A stretch of 60,955 bases of DNA, the filler included. It is 4 parts of 4 records of this genome, joined end to end, with 100 filler letters (N's around TTAATTAATTAA, not from the genome) between each part and the next. Parts side by side here need not be neighbours in the genome. Positions count along the whole stretch, not along the records: positions 38,752 to 53,129 come from SRR20825019_2057; positions 53,230 to 60,955 come from SRR20825019_2066; 2 more parts are not named here. One strand, written 5' to 3'. A program made the position numbers and the translations under genes. The first letter of the stretch is position 1, and the number at the start of each line of letters is the position of its first letter. A model generated the notes under the pieces. The model saw only the letters and a program-made list of their open reading frames with translations. It ran no database searches and had not been told where the DNA came from. Shown piece by piece: positions 52,292-60,955 of the stretch.

Positions 52292-53129
52292 ATGCGGGAT
52301 TTTTTTGAACATGTAAAGGAGGGGCTCGGGAAAACCCCGAAAGAAATCTCCTCTCGCTATTTTTATGATTCCAGGGGAGATGCATTGTACCAGGACATAA
52401 TGCAGTTGAAGGAATACTATCTTCCCCGTTGTGAAATGCAGATTATAGAAAATAATAGTGACCAAATCGCCCAAGATCTCTCCGCTCGACATTCTTGTTT
52501 GCAAATCGTGGAACTAGGCGCGGGGGATGGAACTAAAACCAAGCATATGCTCAAGCAGTTCCAACCTTATTTTGGTGCTATGGAATATGTTGCCATGGAT
52601 ATTTCCAATCATGTTTTGGACATTAATGAGAAGGAAATACGAAGTGAAATTGCACAGGTGGATTATAAAAGTATTGCTGGTGATTATTTTGAAACTTACC
52701 AGTCCCTTCCCGAAACATCTTATGGAAGGTTGGTTTTATTTTTAGGCGCCAATATCGGTAATTACAGTACAACCGAGATATATGGTTTCTTTCGGTTTAT
52801 TCAATCTAGGTTGAGGGAAGATGATTGTTTTTTGGTGGCTTTCGATTTGGTAAAAAATCCTAGAAAAATTCTTGCCGCATATGACGATAATAAAGGCATT
52901 ACCAAAGAGTTCAACCTTAACCTGTTAAAAAGAATGAATAGGGAGCTGGGGGCTAATTTTAACATCCAACACTTTGATCACTTTCCTTATTACAATCCAT
53001 TGACAGGCGTTGCGTCCAGTCAAATAGTTAGTTTGAAAAAGCAGAGAGTAGAATTTTCCGATGGCTTTTCTGTTGCTTTTGACCTTTTCGAAGCGATACA
53101 TTGGATAGGGCGGTCAATGTATACCACCT
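52292..53129 (+). CDS. egtD: L-histidine N-alpha-trimethyltransferase (3'-truncated)
   Basis: 'YFYDSRG..LY..I..L.EYY', 'VELGAGDG.KT', 'FLGANIGN' and 'AYDD..GIT..FNLNLL.R.N.EL'. Confidence 0.9.
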
Positions 53130-53229
53130 NNNNNNNNNNNNNNNNNNNNNNNNNNNNNNNNNNNNNNNNNNNNTTAATTAATTAANNNNNNNNNNNNNNN
53201 NNNNNNNNNNNNNNNNNNNNNNNNNNNNN
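53130..53229. other. artificial contig linker
   Basis: N44-TTAATTAATTAA-N44. Confidence 0.97.
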
Positions 53230-53508
53230 CTCTATGGTGTCGCAAGACAAACATCTAAAGTGAAAATGATATTGAGTCTTTTCCGATGGTTCACATTTTT
53301 TACAAATAGCAAAATATTGCTTTCCATCCTCCGCAACAATTCTATGTACTAAATCGTCCTCACAAAATCTATTCAGTACCCTGTATATCGTAGCTCTATT
53401 AATTTTAATATCAAGCTGTCTTTCTATAGCATCCTGACTCAACGCTTTTTTTGAGCTTGAAAGTAAGCTTAATACTGCTTCTTTTGTAGGTGTATTTCTT
53501 CTATTCAT
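53230..53508 (-). CDS. Fur-family transcriptional regulator (3'-truncated)
   Basis: 'RNTPTK', the HTH 'INRATIYRVL' and the metal sites 'HFHFRCLSC'. Start is ATG 53508. Confidence 0.9.
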
Positions 53509-53509
53509 T

Positions 53510-53583
53510 TTATTGCGATTATGTTGCAATAATACAAAAAAATAGTATATTTGTCAAACATACTATTGCGACTGTATCGCAAT
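53510..53583. promoter_or_regulatory. two ATTGC-N9-GCAAT operator palindromes flanking overlapping divergent Bacteroidota promoters
   Basis: TTATTGC-GATTATGTT-GCAATAA (53510-53532) and ATTGCGA-CTGTA-TCGCAAT (53565-53583). TAnnTTTG boxes lie at 53546-53553 (+) and 53555-53562 (-). Confidence 0.7.
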
Positions 53584-53670
53584 TAAATATTATAATAACT
53601 AAAAGAGTAAGATTTAGGATAGAAATTCTATGTTAGAATCGATACTCTTTTCAAATAAAAAATTAATAAA

Positions 53671-54576
53671 ATGGATACAAATCAATTTGAAGTAATTATA
53701 ATAGGCGGCAGTTACGCAGGACTTTCTACAGCTATGACCTTAGGGCGCTCTCTAAGAAAAACTCTGATTATAGATGCCGGAGATCCTTGTAACAAACAGA
53801 CTCCTCATTCTCATAACTTCCTAACTCAGGATGGAAAAACTCCACGAGAGATCACTGAAGTATCAAAAAAACAAGTTTCAAAATATGATACAATAACATT
53901 TTATGACGGTATCGCTTTAAAAGGAAGAAAAATTTCAGAAGGATTTGAAATCACTACTAATAATGGAGCTGTTTTTAAAGGAAAAAAAGTAGTGTTTGCA
54001 ACAGGAATTAAAGATCAATTGCCAGCTATAAAAGGAATTGAGCAATGTTGGGGAATTTCTGTTGTGCATTGTCCATATTGCCATGGATATGAGATTAGAG
54101 ACAAAAAAACAGCCATCATTGCCAATGGCAATAAAGCTTTTCATTTAGCGTCCTTAGTAAACAATCTAACTAAAGAAATTACCATCTTAACTTCTGAAAA
54201 AAAGAACTTTAATGAGAGTCAGCTTCAAAAACTTAAACAACATAATATTAAAATTATTGAAAAGGAAATTTCAGAAATAATACATAAAAAAGGAATCCTA
54301 GAACAGATTATTTTTACAGACGGTTCCAAAGAAATTTTTGAATGTGCTTATACGGCAACAACATTCAAACAGAGTACTTCTATTCCTACAGAATTAGGTT
54401 GCAAACTTACCGAAAATGGATATATTGAAGTTGATTTCATGCAAAAAACAACCGTAAATGGAGTTTTTGCTTGCGGTGATAATAGCGCTATGATGCGTTC
54501 TGTAGCAACTGCTGTTTATAGCGGAAACATAACAGGGGCGATAATAAATAAAGAATTAACTGAAGAAAGCTTTTAG
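53671..54576 (+). CDS. TrxB-like NAD(P)/FAD-dependent oxidoreductase
   Basis: GGSYAG, 'SHNFLTQDG', 'HCPYCHGYE' and 'GVFACGD'. Confidence 0.9.
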   Translation: MDTNQFEVIIIGGSYAGLSTAMTLGRSLRKTLIIDAGDPCNKQTPHSHNFLTQDGKTPREITEVSKKQVSKYDTITFYDGIALKGRKISEGFEITTNNGAVFKGKKVVFATGIKDQLPAIKGIEQCWGISVVHCPYCHGYEIRDKKTAIIANGNKAFHLASLVNNLTKEITILTSEKKNFNESQLQKLKQHNIKIIEKEISEIIHKKGILEQIIFTDGSKEIFECAYTATTFKQSTSIPTELGCKLTENGYIEVDFMQKTTVNGVFACGDNSAMMRSVATAVYSGNITGAIINKELTEESF

Positions 54577-54577
54577 T

Positions 54578-54823
54578 ATGGTTGAAGTATTTATGACAAA
54601 CATTCAGTCTGAAATTCTCTCAAAAGAAATTCTTATGCTATTAGAGGGAAATTATCCTAGTTTAGAAATTAATTTTGATCTAGAAGATTTTAATAAACCC
54701 TATCCCTGCGGGCATTCGATTTTAAGAATTGAAGGAACTTTTATCAATTCTGATTCTATTATACAACTCTTAAAATCTAAAGGAGTTGAATGTGATATTT
54801 TAGAAGACAAAATATGTAATTAA
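54578..54823 (+). CDS. conserved Bacteroidota hypothetical protein (81 aa)
   Basis: 'VEVFMTNI...INFDLED...ILRIE...CDIL'; starts 1 nt after the oxidoreductase stop. Confidence 0.7.
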   Translation: MVEVFMTNIQSEILSKEILMLLEGNYPSLEINFDLEDFNKPYPCGHSILRIEGTFINSDSIIQLLKSKGVECDILEDKICN

Positions 54824-55061
54824 TATGCTTTATCCTTAGTAAGATAAAAACAGTTCTAGGCATAAAAATAATAGAGATAAGTTTTAACAACTCAAAAAAC
54901 AAAGCACTCCAACGGAAGTGTAAGAAAGTTAAACCTTGATTATCGAATAAATCATACAACTTATTTTAAAACTTTTAAAGTTGTACTTTTTTTCCGTTGC
55001 AACAACTAACGGGCAACCAACAATTATTTCTATATTTGAACAAATACCTAAAACTTATAGC

Positions 55062-57590
55062 ATGCAAAAAATATTATCCTTTCTTTTTATTGGATTAGTA
55101 TTTACATTTTCTACGTATTCACAGAAGCCAAAAACCTATTCTTCTGCTGATATTTATCAAGCAGTACAAAAGCTTAATTTCCTTGGAACAGCACTCTATA
55201 TTGCTGCACACCCCGATGATGAAAACACGCGGTTAATTTCTTATCTTTCTAATGAAGTAAAGGCAAGAACTGGCTATTTATCGCTTACAAGAGGAGATGG
55301 AGGGCAGAATTTAATAGGAGCAGAATTACGAGAACTTTTAGGAGTTTTAAGAACTCAAGAGCTTCTAGCGGCTAGACGTGTGGACGGTGGCGAGCAATTT
55401 TTCTCGCGTGCTAACGACTTTGGGTTTTCGAAACATCCAGATGAAACCTTAGAGATTTGGAATAAAGACGAGGTACTTTCTGATGTTGTTTGGGTTATTA
55501 GAAACTTTAAACCCGATGTAATTATCAACCGTTTTGACCATAGAAGTCCGGGTACAACACACGGTCACCATACTTCTTCGGCCATGTTAAGCGTTGAAGC
55601 ATTTGACCTTGTGAATGATAAAAATAGCTATCCAGAACAATTAAAATATACAGACCTTTGGCAGCCAGAACGTATGTTTTTTAATACTTCTTGGTGGTTC
55701 TATGGAAGTCAGGAAAAATTTGAAGAGGCCAATAAATCAAAAATGCTAAGTGTAGATATTGGCACCTACTACCCTACACTTGGGCAAAGTAATAACGAGA
55801 TTGCTTCCATTGCTCGTAGCCAACATTTAAGTCAGGGATTTGGTGGGATTTCTGCCCGTGGTTCTGAAAAAGAATATATTGAACTGTTAAAAGGAAGTTT
55901 TCCAAGAAACAATACTATTTTTGATGGTATTAATACTACTTGGGGGCGTGTAGAAGGCGGAGAAGCTATTGCCGAAATATTATTAGATATAGAAGCTAAT
56001 TTCAATTTTAAAAATCCATCAGAACATCTTGCAGATTTAGCAAAAGCCTATCAATTAATTTCTAATTTAAAAGATGATTATTGGCGGGAAATTAAATTAG
56101 AAGAGATTAAAAAAATTATGGAAGCCTGTAGCGGCTTATTTATAGAAGCAACAACTGCACAAGCTTCTGCTGTACCTGGAGAAAACATCAGTATTAACGC
56201 TTCAATTATTAATAGATCGTCCTCCAATATGACGCTTAAAAACATAAGTATCTCTCCTAGTGATGTTGTACAAATTATCAGTAAAAAATTAGAAAACAAT
56301 AAATTTATAACTACCAATCAAAAAATTACTATTCCTGAAAATAGTGAATACACAGCACCCTATTGGTTAAAAGAAGAAGGTACATTAGGAATGTACAAAG
56401 CGCCGCAATTACTAAGAGGAAAACCAGAAACTCCTAGATTAGTTAAAGCTACATTCACCATAAATATCGAAGGAGTTAGTATTCCTTTTGAAAAAAATAT
56501 CATTTATAAATTTTCAAAGCCTGATAAAGGTGAAATTTATCAACCCTTTGAAATTCTTCCTAGGGTTTCCACTTCTGTAGCTAATAAAGTAATTATTTTT
56601 TCTGATGAAAAATCTAAGGACATTCCAGTAACCATTACTTCTGGAGCAGATAATATTTCAGGAAACATACATTTAAAATACAATAGCGGATGGAATGTGA
56701 GTCCTCAACAAATAGATTTTTCCATTGCTAAAAAGGGTGATACAAAAACAGTTATTTTTACAGTAACCCCTCCAGCAGATGAAAATCAGGAAACTATTAC
56801 ACCTATCATAAAAATAGATGGAAAAGAATATACTCAGGAACTAGTAACCATAGCTTACGACCATATTCCTACGCAATCAGTTTTACTTCCTGCTAGTTTT
56901 AAAGTGGTGCGTTTAAACATAAAGAAAACAGGAGAAAACATTGCTTATGTTGCTGGTGCTGGAGATGAAGTACCAGAAAGTTTACGTCAAATAGGATATA
57001 CTGTAACTGTAATACAGCCAGAAAATATTAGTAATGGATACTTAAAAAATTTCGATGCAGTAGTAATGGGGATTAGAGCATATAATATTCATGAATCTCT
57101 TAAATTTAAACAACATATTCTTTTAGATTATGTAAAGGAAGGTGGCAATTTAATTGTTCAATATAATACTGCCGGGAGAAACGGACTTGGAATGGATAAT
57201 CTGGCACCCTATTTGTTGCAATTATCTCGAGACCGTGTAACCGATGAAAATGCTGAAGTTACTTTTAACGCACCAAACAATCCGTTATTAAATACTCCCA
57301 ACAAAATATCTCAAAACGATTTTACTGGTTGGGTACAAGAACGAGGATTATATTTCCCTGACAAATGGGGAGAGGAATTTACCTCAATTTTTTCGATGCA
57401 CGACAAAGGGGAAAGTAAAAAAGACGGTAGCTTATTGGTTGCTCCATATGGAAAAGGATATTATATTTACTCAGGATTGAGTTTCTTTAGAGAACTCCCT
57501 GCTGGTGTTCCAGGGGCTTATAAAATATTTGCCAATATGCTTTCTATTGGAAAAGAAGAAAGTACAAATTTAAACCCAATAAAAGGATAG
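55062..57590 (+). CDS. secreted PIG-L/LmbE family deacetylase, multidomain (C-terminal GATase-like domain)
   Basis: Signal peptide from ATG 55062, 'AAHPDDE', 'TRGDGGQN', 'HGHH' and 'WVQERGLYF'. A TATATTTG promoter box lies at 55031-55038. Confidence 0.9.
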   Translation: MQKILSFLFIGLVFTFSTYSQKPKTYSSADIYQAVQKLNFLGTALYIAAHPDDENTRLISYLSNEVKARTGYLSLTRGDGGQNLIGAELRELLGVLRTQELLAARRVDGGEQFFSRANDFGFSKHPDETLEIWNKDEVLSDVVWVIRNFKPDVIINRFDHRSPGTTHGHHTSSAMLSVEAFDLVNDKNSYPEQLKYTDLWQPERMFFNTSWWFYGSQEKFEEANKSKMLSVDIGTYYPTLGQSNNEIASIARSQHLSQGFGGISARGSEKEYIELLKGSFPRNNTIFDGINTTWGRVEGGEAIAEILLDIEANFNFKNPSEHLADLAKAYQLISNLKDDYWREIKLEEIKKIMEACSGLFIEATTAQASAVPGENISINASIINRSSSNMTLKNISISPSDVVQIISKKLENNKFITTNQKITIPENSEYTAPYWLKEEGTLGMYKAPQLLRGKPETPRLVKATFTINIEGVSIPFEKNIIYKFSKPDKGEIYQPFEILPRVSTSVANKVIIFSDEKSKDIPVTITSGADNISGNIHLKYNSGWNVSPQQIDFSIAKKGDTKTVIFTVTPPADENQETITPIIKIDGKEYTQELVTIAYDHIPTQSVLLPASFKVVRLNIKKTGENIAYVAGAGDEVPESLRQIGYTVTVIQPENISNGYLKNFDAVVMGIRAYNIHESLKFKQHILLDYVKEGGNLIVQYNTAGRNGLGMDNLAPYLLQLSRDRVTDENAEVTFNAPNNPLLNTPNKISQNDFTGWVQERGLYFPDKWGEEFTSIFSMHDKGESKKDGSLLVAPYGKGYYIYSGLSFFRELPAGVPGAYKIFANMLSIGKEESTNLNPIKG

Positions 57591-57592
57591 TC

Positions 57593-57694
57593 ATGCTTAG
57601 TAAGTTTGTTTGGAAAAGAGAGTATTCTATTGTATTGATTATGAATGCGATTTACATTTTTGTTTTTTATCTAATTATGATTTCAAACAAATAG
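57593..57694 (+). CDS. small single-TM protein (33 aa), not in the ORF track
   Basis: MLSKFVWKREYSIVLIMNAIYIFVFYLIMISNK fills the gap between the deacetylase and the symporter almost exactly. Confidence 0.65.
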   Translation: MLSKFVWKREYSIVLIMNAIYIFVFYLIMISNK

Positions 57695-57698
57695 TACT

Positions 57699-59426
57699 AT
57701 GGAATTAATCGATTGGATAGTACTAACGGGTACCCTACTATTTATTGTAGGGTACGGTTATTTAAAAACCAAAGGAAGTCAAAACGTATCCGACTATATT
57801 TTAGGTGGTAATGAGGCAAAATGGTATACCGTTGGCCTTTCTGTAATGGCAACACAGGCTAGTGCTATTACTTTCTTGTCTACTCCTGGACAAGCTTTTC
57901 ATGACGGAATGGGGTTTGTGCAATTCTACTTTGGACTTCCACTGGCCATGATAATTATCTGTGTGGTCTTCGTCCCTATTTATCATAAATTAAAAGTATA
58001 TACTGCCTATGAATTCCTCGAAAATAGATTCGATTTAAAAACACGTTCCTTAGCTGCCATTCTCTTTTTAATACAACGTGGATTGGCTGCAGGAATTACC
58101 ATATATGCGCCTTCTATAATATTATCTGCGGTTTTAGGCTGGGAAACAAAAACTCTAAATATTGTTATTGGGATTTTGGTAATAATATATACTGTTTCTG
58201 GTGGGACAAAAGCGGTAAGTGTTACGCAAAAGCAGCAAATGTTTGTTATAATGACAGGAATGTTTACGGCTTTTTATTTAGTAATGAGTTACCTCCCAGA
58301 AGATATAACCTTTAGTAAGGCTATGAAAATTGCGGGTGCTAACGACAAACTTAACATCCTTGATTTCTCTTTAAACCCTAAAAGTCGTTATACATTTTGG
58401 AGTGGAATTACGGGAGGCCTCTTTTTAGCCCTCGCCTATTTCGGAACCGACCAAAGTCAGGTACAACGCTATTTATCGGGGAAGTCAGTTAGAGAAAGTC
58501 AGTTAGGACTTATTTTTAACGGTCTGTTTAAAGTACCGATGCAATTTTTTATACTGTTAGTTGGAGTTATGGTTTTTGTGTATTACCAATACAATCATTC
58601 TCCTTTAAATTTTAATCCTGCTGCAGTAGAAGCGGTACAACAATCGGAATATGCCGATCAATATCAGCAATTAGAAAAGCAACATTTGGCGCTCGAAAAA
58701 GATAAAAAAATGGCTCAAGAGCGATTTTCCGCAGTTTTAGATGTTAAAGATTACGAATTAATTGTAGCTGCTAAAAAGCAAATTCAAGATATCAATAAAA
58801 AAGAAATAAAAAGTCGCCAAGACGCTAAAGCTCTTATTCAAAAAGTAGATGAAGATTTAGAAACCAACGATAAAGATTATGTTTTTATACATTTTATACT
58901 GAATAAAATTCCAACAGGACTTATGGGGTTATTGTTAGCTGTAATATTTTCAGCTGCCATGTCTTCTACAGCATCCGAATTAAATGCTTTAGGAACCATT
59001 ACTACCATTGACCTTTTTAAAAGAAGACAAAAGAAAGAACACGATGAAAAATACTATTTAAATGCTACTCGTTGGTTTACATTTGGATGGGGGATTATAG
59101 CCATTTTGTTCGCTAATTTTGCTTCGCTTTTAGATAATTTAATCCAATTAGTAAATATTATCGGTTCTATTTTCTACGGAAATGTACTCGGAATATTTTT
59201 AATTGCATTTTTTATAAAATTTATTCGTGGAAATGCCGTTTTTATAAGCGCCATTGTCACACAAATAGCCATCATCCTTATTTACTATTTTGCCATTCAT
59301 CGATATGATGCAGGAGATGAAAAACTAGGATATTTATGGCTAAACTTTATTGGTTGTGCCATGGTCATTATTATTGCTATAATCTTAGAAATTTTAAACA
59401 GAACAACCAATGCTATCAAGAAATAA
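57699..59426 (+). CDS. sodium:solute symporter (SSS)
   Basis: 'ATQASAITF', 'TAYEFLENRFD', 'GTDQSQVQRYL' and 'AAMSS'. Confidence 0.95.
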   Translation: MELIDWIVLTGTLLFIVGYGYLKTKGSQNVSDYILGGNEAKWYTVGLSVMATQASAITFLSTPGQAFHDGMGFVQFYFGLPLAMIIICVVFVPIYHKLKVYTAYEFLENRFDLKTRSLAAILFLIQRGLAAGITIYAPSIILSAVLGWETKTLNIVIGILVIIYTVSGGTKAVSVTQKQQMFVIMTGMFTAFYLVMSYLPEDITFSKAMKIAGANDKLNILDFSLNPKSRYTFWSGITGGLFLALAYFGTDQSQVQRYLSGKSVRESQLGLIFNGLFKVPMQFFILLVGVMVFVYYQYNHSPLNFNPAAVEAVQQSEYADQYQQLEKQHLALEKDKKMAQERFSAVLDVKDYELIVAAKKQIQDINKKEIKSRQDAKALIQKVDEDLETNDKDYVFIHFILNKIPTGLMGLLLAVIFSAAMSSTASELNALGTITTIDLFKRRQKKEHDEKYYLNATRWFTFGWGIIAILFANFASLLDNLIQLVNIIGSIFYGNVLGIFLIAFFIKFIRGNAVFISAIVTQIAIILIYYFAIHRYDAGDEKLGYLWLNFIGCAMVIIIAIILEILNRTTNAIKK

Positions 59427-60399
59427 AAAAATAAAATGGGGAATTCTAGCCCCAGGTCGTATTGCTACTAAATTTGCTCAAGACTTACTAACGGTTAAGG
59501 ATACAGAATTATATGCTGTTGCATCTAGAACACTAGAAAAGGCTGAAGAGTTTAAAGAAACCTATGGCGCTAAAGTAGCTTATGGAAATTATATGGATTT
59601 AATTACAGATCCTAACGTTGATGCCATTTACATTGCCACACCTCATACTTTTCATAAAGCATATTCCATTGATTGTTTACTGAATAAAAAAGCGGTACTC
59701 TGTGAAAAGCCCTTGGCTTTAAATAGTGCCGATGTAGATGTGATGCTGCAAACGGCAAAGCAAGAAGGTGTTTTGTTAATGGAAGCGTTATGGACTGCTT
59801 TTTTACCTCATTACCAAGATGTTCTTAATTTTTTAGAGGAAGGGAATTATGGAAAAGTAGTATCTATTGATGCTGATTTTGGGTTTTATCGTGAATTTGA
59901 TGCCTCTACTCGATTATTCGACAAACAATTAGGTGGCGGAAGTTTATTAGATATTGGAATCTATCCTATTTTTTGCGCAATGTCTATTCTAGGCAAGCCA
60001 GATGACATCCAAGCAAATGGTACCTTTTTTGAAACAGGAGCAGATTCTTCTTGCAACATGATTTTTTCTTATAAAAATGGAGCTGTTGCAAGGCTTTCTT
60101 CAACATTAAAAGAAGAAACTCCCACAGAAGCTACCATAAAATGTGAAAAAGGAACTATAAAATTACATACGCAATTTCACAGACCTACTTCTGTAACTTT
60201 TACTGATGCAGATGGAAAACAGACAACCAAACATTACGATGTAAATACATTAGGATATAATTTCGAAATAGCTCATTTTAACGAACTTTTACGCAGTGGA
60301 AAAACAGAAAGTCCTATTATGACTCATAAGTTTAGTCATCAACTCATGGAAATTATGGATAAAGTAAAAGAAGAAATTGGCTTGAGTTACTGCTATTAA
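59410..60399 (+). CDS. Gfo/Idh/MocA family oxidoreductase
   Basis: 'WGILAPGRIA', 'YIATPH', 'LCEKP' and 'GGGSLLDIGIY'. Confidence 0.93.
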   Translation: MLSRNKKIKWGILAPGRIATKFAQDLLTVKDTELYAVASRTLEKAEEFKETYGAKVAYGNYMDLITDPNVDAIYIATPHTFHKAYSIDCLLNKKAVLCEKPLALNSADVDVMLQTAKQEGVLLMEALWTAFLPHYQDVLNFLEEGNYGKVVSIDADFGFYREFDASTRLFDKQLGGGSLLDIGIYPIFCAMSILGKPDDIQANGTFFETGADSSCNMIFSYKNGAVARLSSTLKEETPTEATIKCEKGTIKLHTQFHRPTSVTFTDADGKQTTKHYDVNTLGYNFEIAHFNELLRSGKTESPIMTHKFSHQLMEIMDKVKEEIGLSYCY

Positions 60400-60461
60400 A
60401 TTGTAAGTAAAAGAAAAAGCAACTACCTAGAGACAAACATAGGTATATTCAAATCTAAATA

Positions 60462-60914
60462 ATGAATTTAGTTAAAGCTGCTATTAACGACAATAAGTTA
60501 CTCACAGAAATAACTATTGCTTCCAAATCTCATTGGGGCTATTCTGAAGTTGAAATAAAAAAATGGATTCCAGAGCTTACTATCACTTCGGAGTATCTAC
60601 AAAAGAATTATGTATACAAACTTATAGATTCTGATAAGCTTGTTGGTTTTTTTGCTTTTATTATACGAAGTAAAGATACTATTGAATTAGATTTCTTTTT
60701 TGTTTCTCAAAAACATATTGGAAGTGGTTATGGTGCAGTATTAATGAATCATTTTTTAGCAAAAGTAAAAGAATTAAAATATCACAAAGTATTTTTAATT
60801 GCCGACCCAAATGCTGAAACATTTTACGCCAAATTTGGTTTTAAAGTAACCGATTATAAAAAGAGTAATATTATAGGAAGATTACTACCTGTAATGGAAA
60901 AAACATTTGAATAA
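60462..60914 (+). CDS. GNAT family N-acetyltransferase
   Basis: 'SKSHWGYS', 'IGSGYG' and 'ADPNAETFYAKFGF'. Confidence 0.9.
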   Translation: MNLVKAAINDNKLLTEITIASKSHWGYSEVEIKKWIPELTITSEYLQKNYVYKLIDSDKLVGFFAFIIRSKDTIELDFFFVSQKHIGSGYGAVLMNHFLAKVKELKYHKVFLIADPNAETFYAKFGFKVTDYKKSNIIGRLLPVMEKTFE

Positions 60915-60955
60915 GAAACTAAAATTTTCTAATCAACTACCTCGAGGCAAGCCTA

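Overview
This window is not one continuous locus. It is four contigs joined by artificial 100-nt linkers (N44-TTAATTAATTAA-N44 at 26098-26197, 38652-38751 and 53130-53229). Contigs 1 and 2 (1-26097, 26198-38651) are very AT-rich and look like a Rickettsiales bacterium, probably Rickettsiaceae. They carry an intact pdhA-pdhB-pdhC-lpdA operon, an rvh type IV secretion block (virB8-short virB9-virB10-virB11-virD4), nusA-infB-rbfA-truB-rpsO-pnp behind an orphaned rimP-type leader, rnpB, three tRNAs, ftsA, coxB-coxA-ctaB, proS-lolC/E-lolD and rpmB-rpmE. They also encode several candidate host effectors: two proteins with 37-aa ankyrin-like repeats (one with a C-terminal F-box-like motif, one broken by a single in-frame stop) and a TPR protein. 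Contigs 3 and 4 (38752-53129, 53230-60955) look like Flavobacteriaceae (Bacteroidota). Contig 3 is a stress/redox accessory region and holds the best candidate for a novel system: a tightly coupled three-gene cassette of an SbnA-type PLP enzyme, a CreE/FzmM-like flavin N-oxygenase and a Y4yA-type PLP decarboxylase, with none of the usual partners (SbnB, CreD, NIS/NRPS). It also carries a disulfide reductase, an internally deleted DUF427-like minigene and egtB-egtD (ergothioneine), plus decayed DUF2383 and hipA remnants. Contig 4 has a Fur-family regulator divergent from a TrxB-like oxidoreductase with paired operator palindromes, and a PIG-L deacetylase/small membrane protein/sodium:solute symporter/Gfo-Idh-MocA/GNAT cluster. 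All family calls come from motif recognition by eye; no database search was run.
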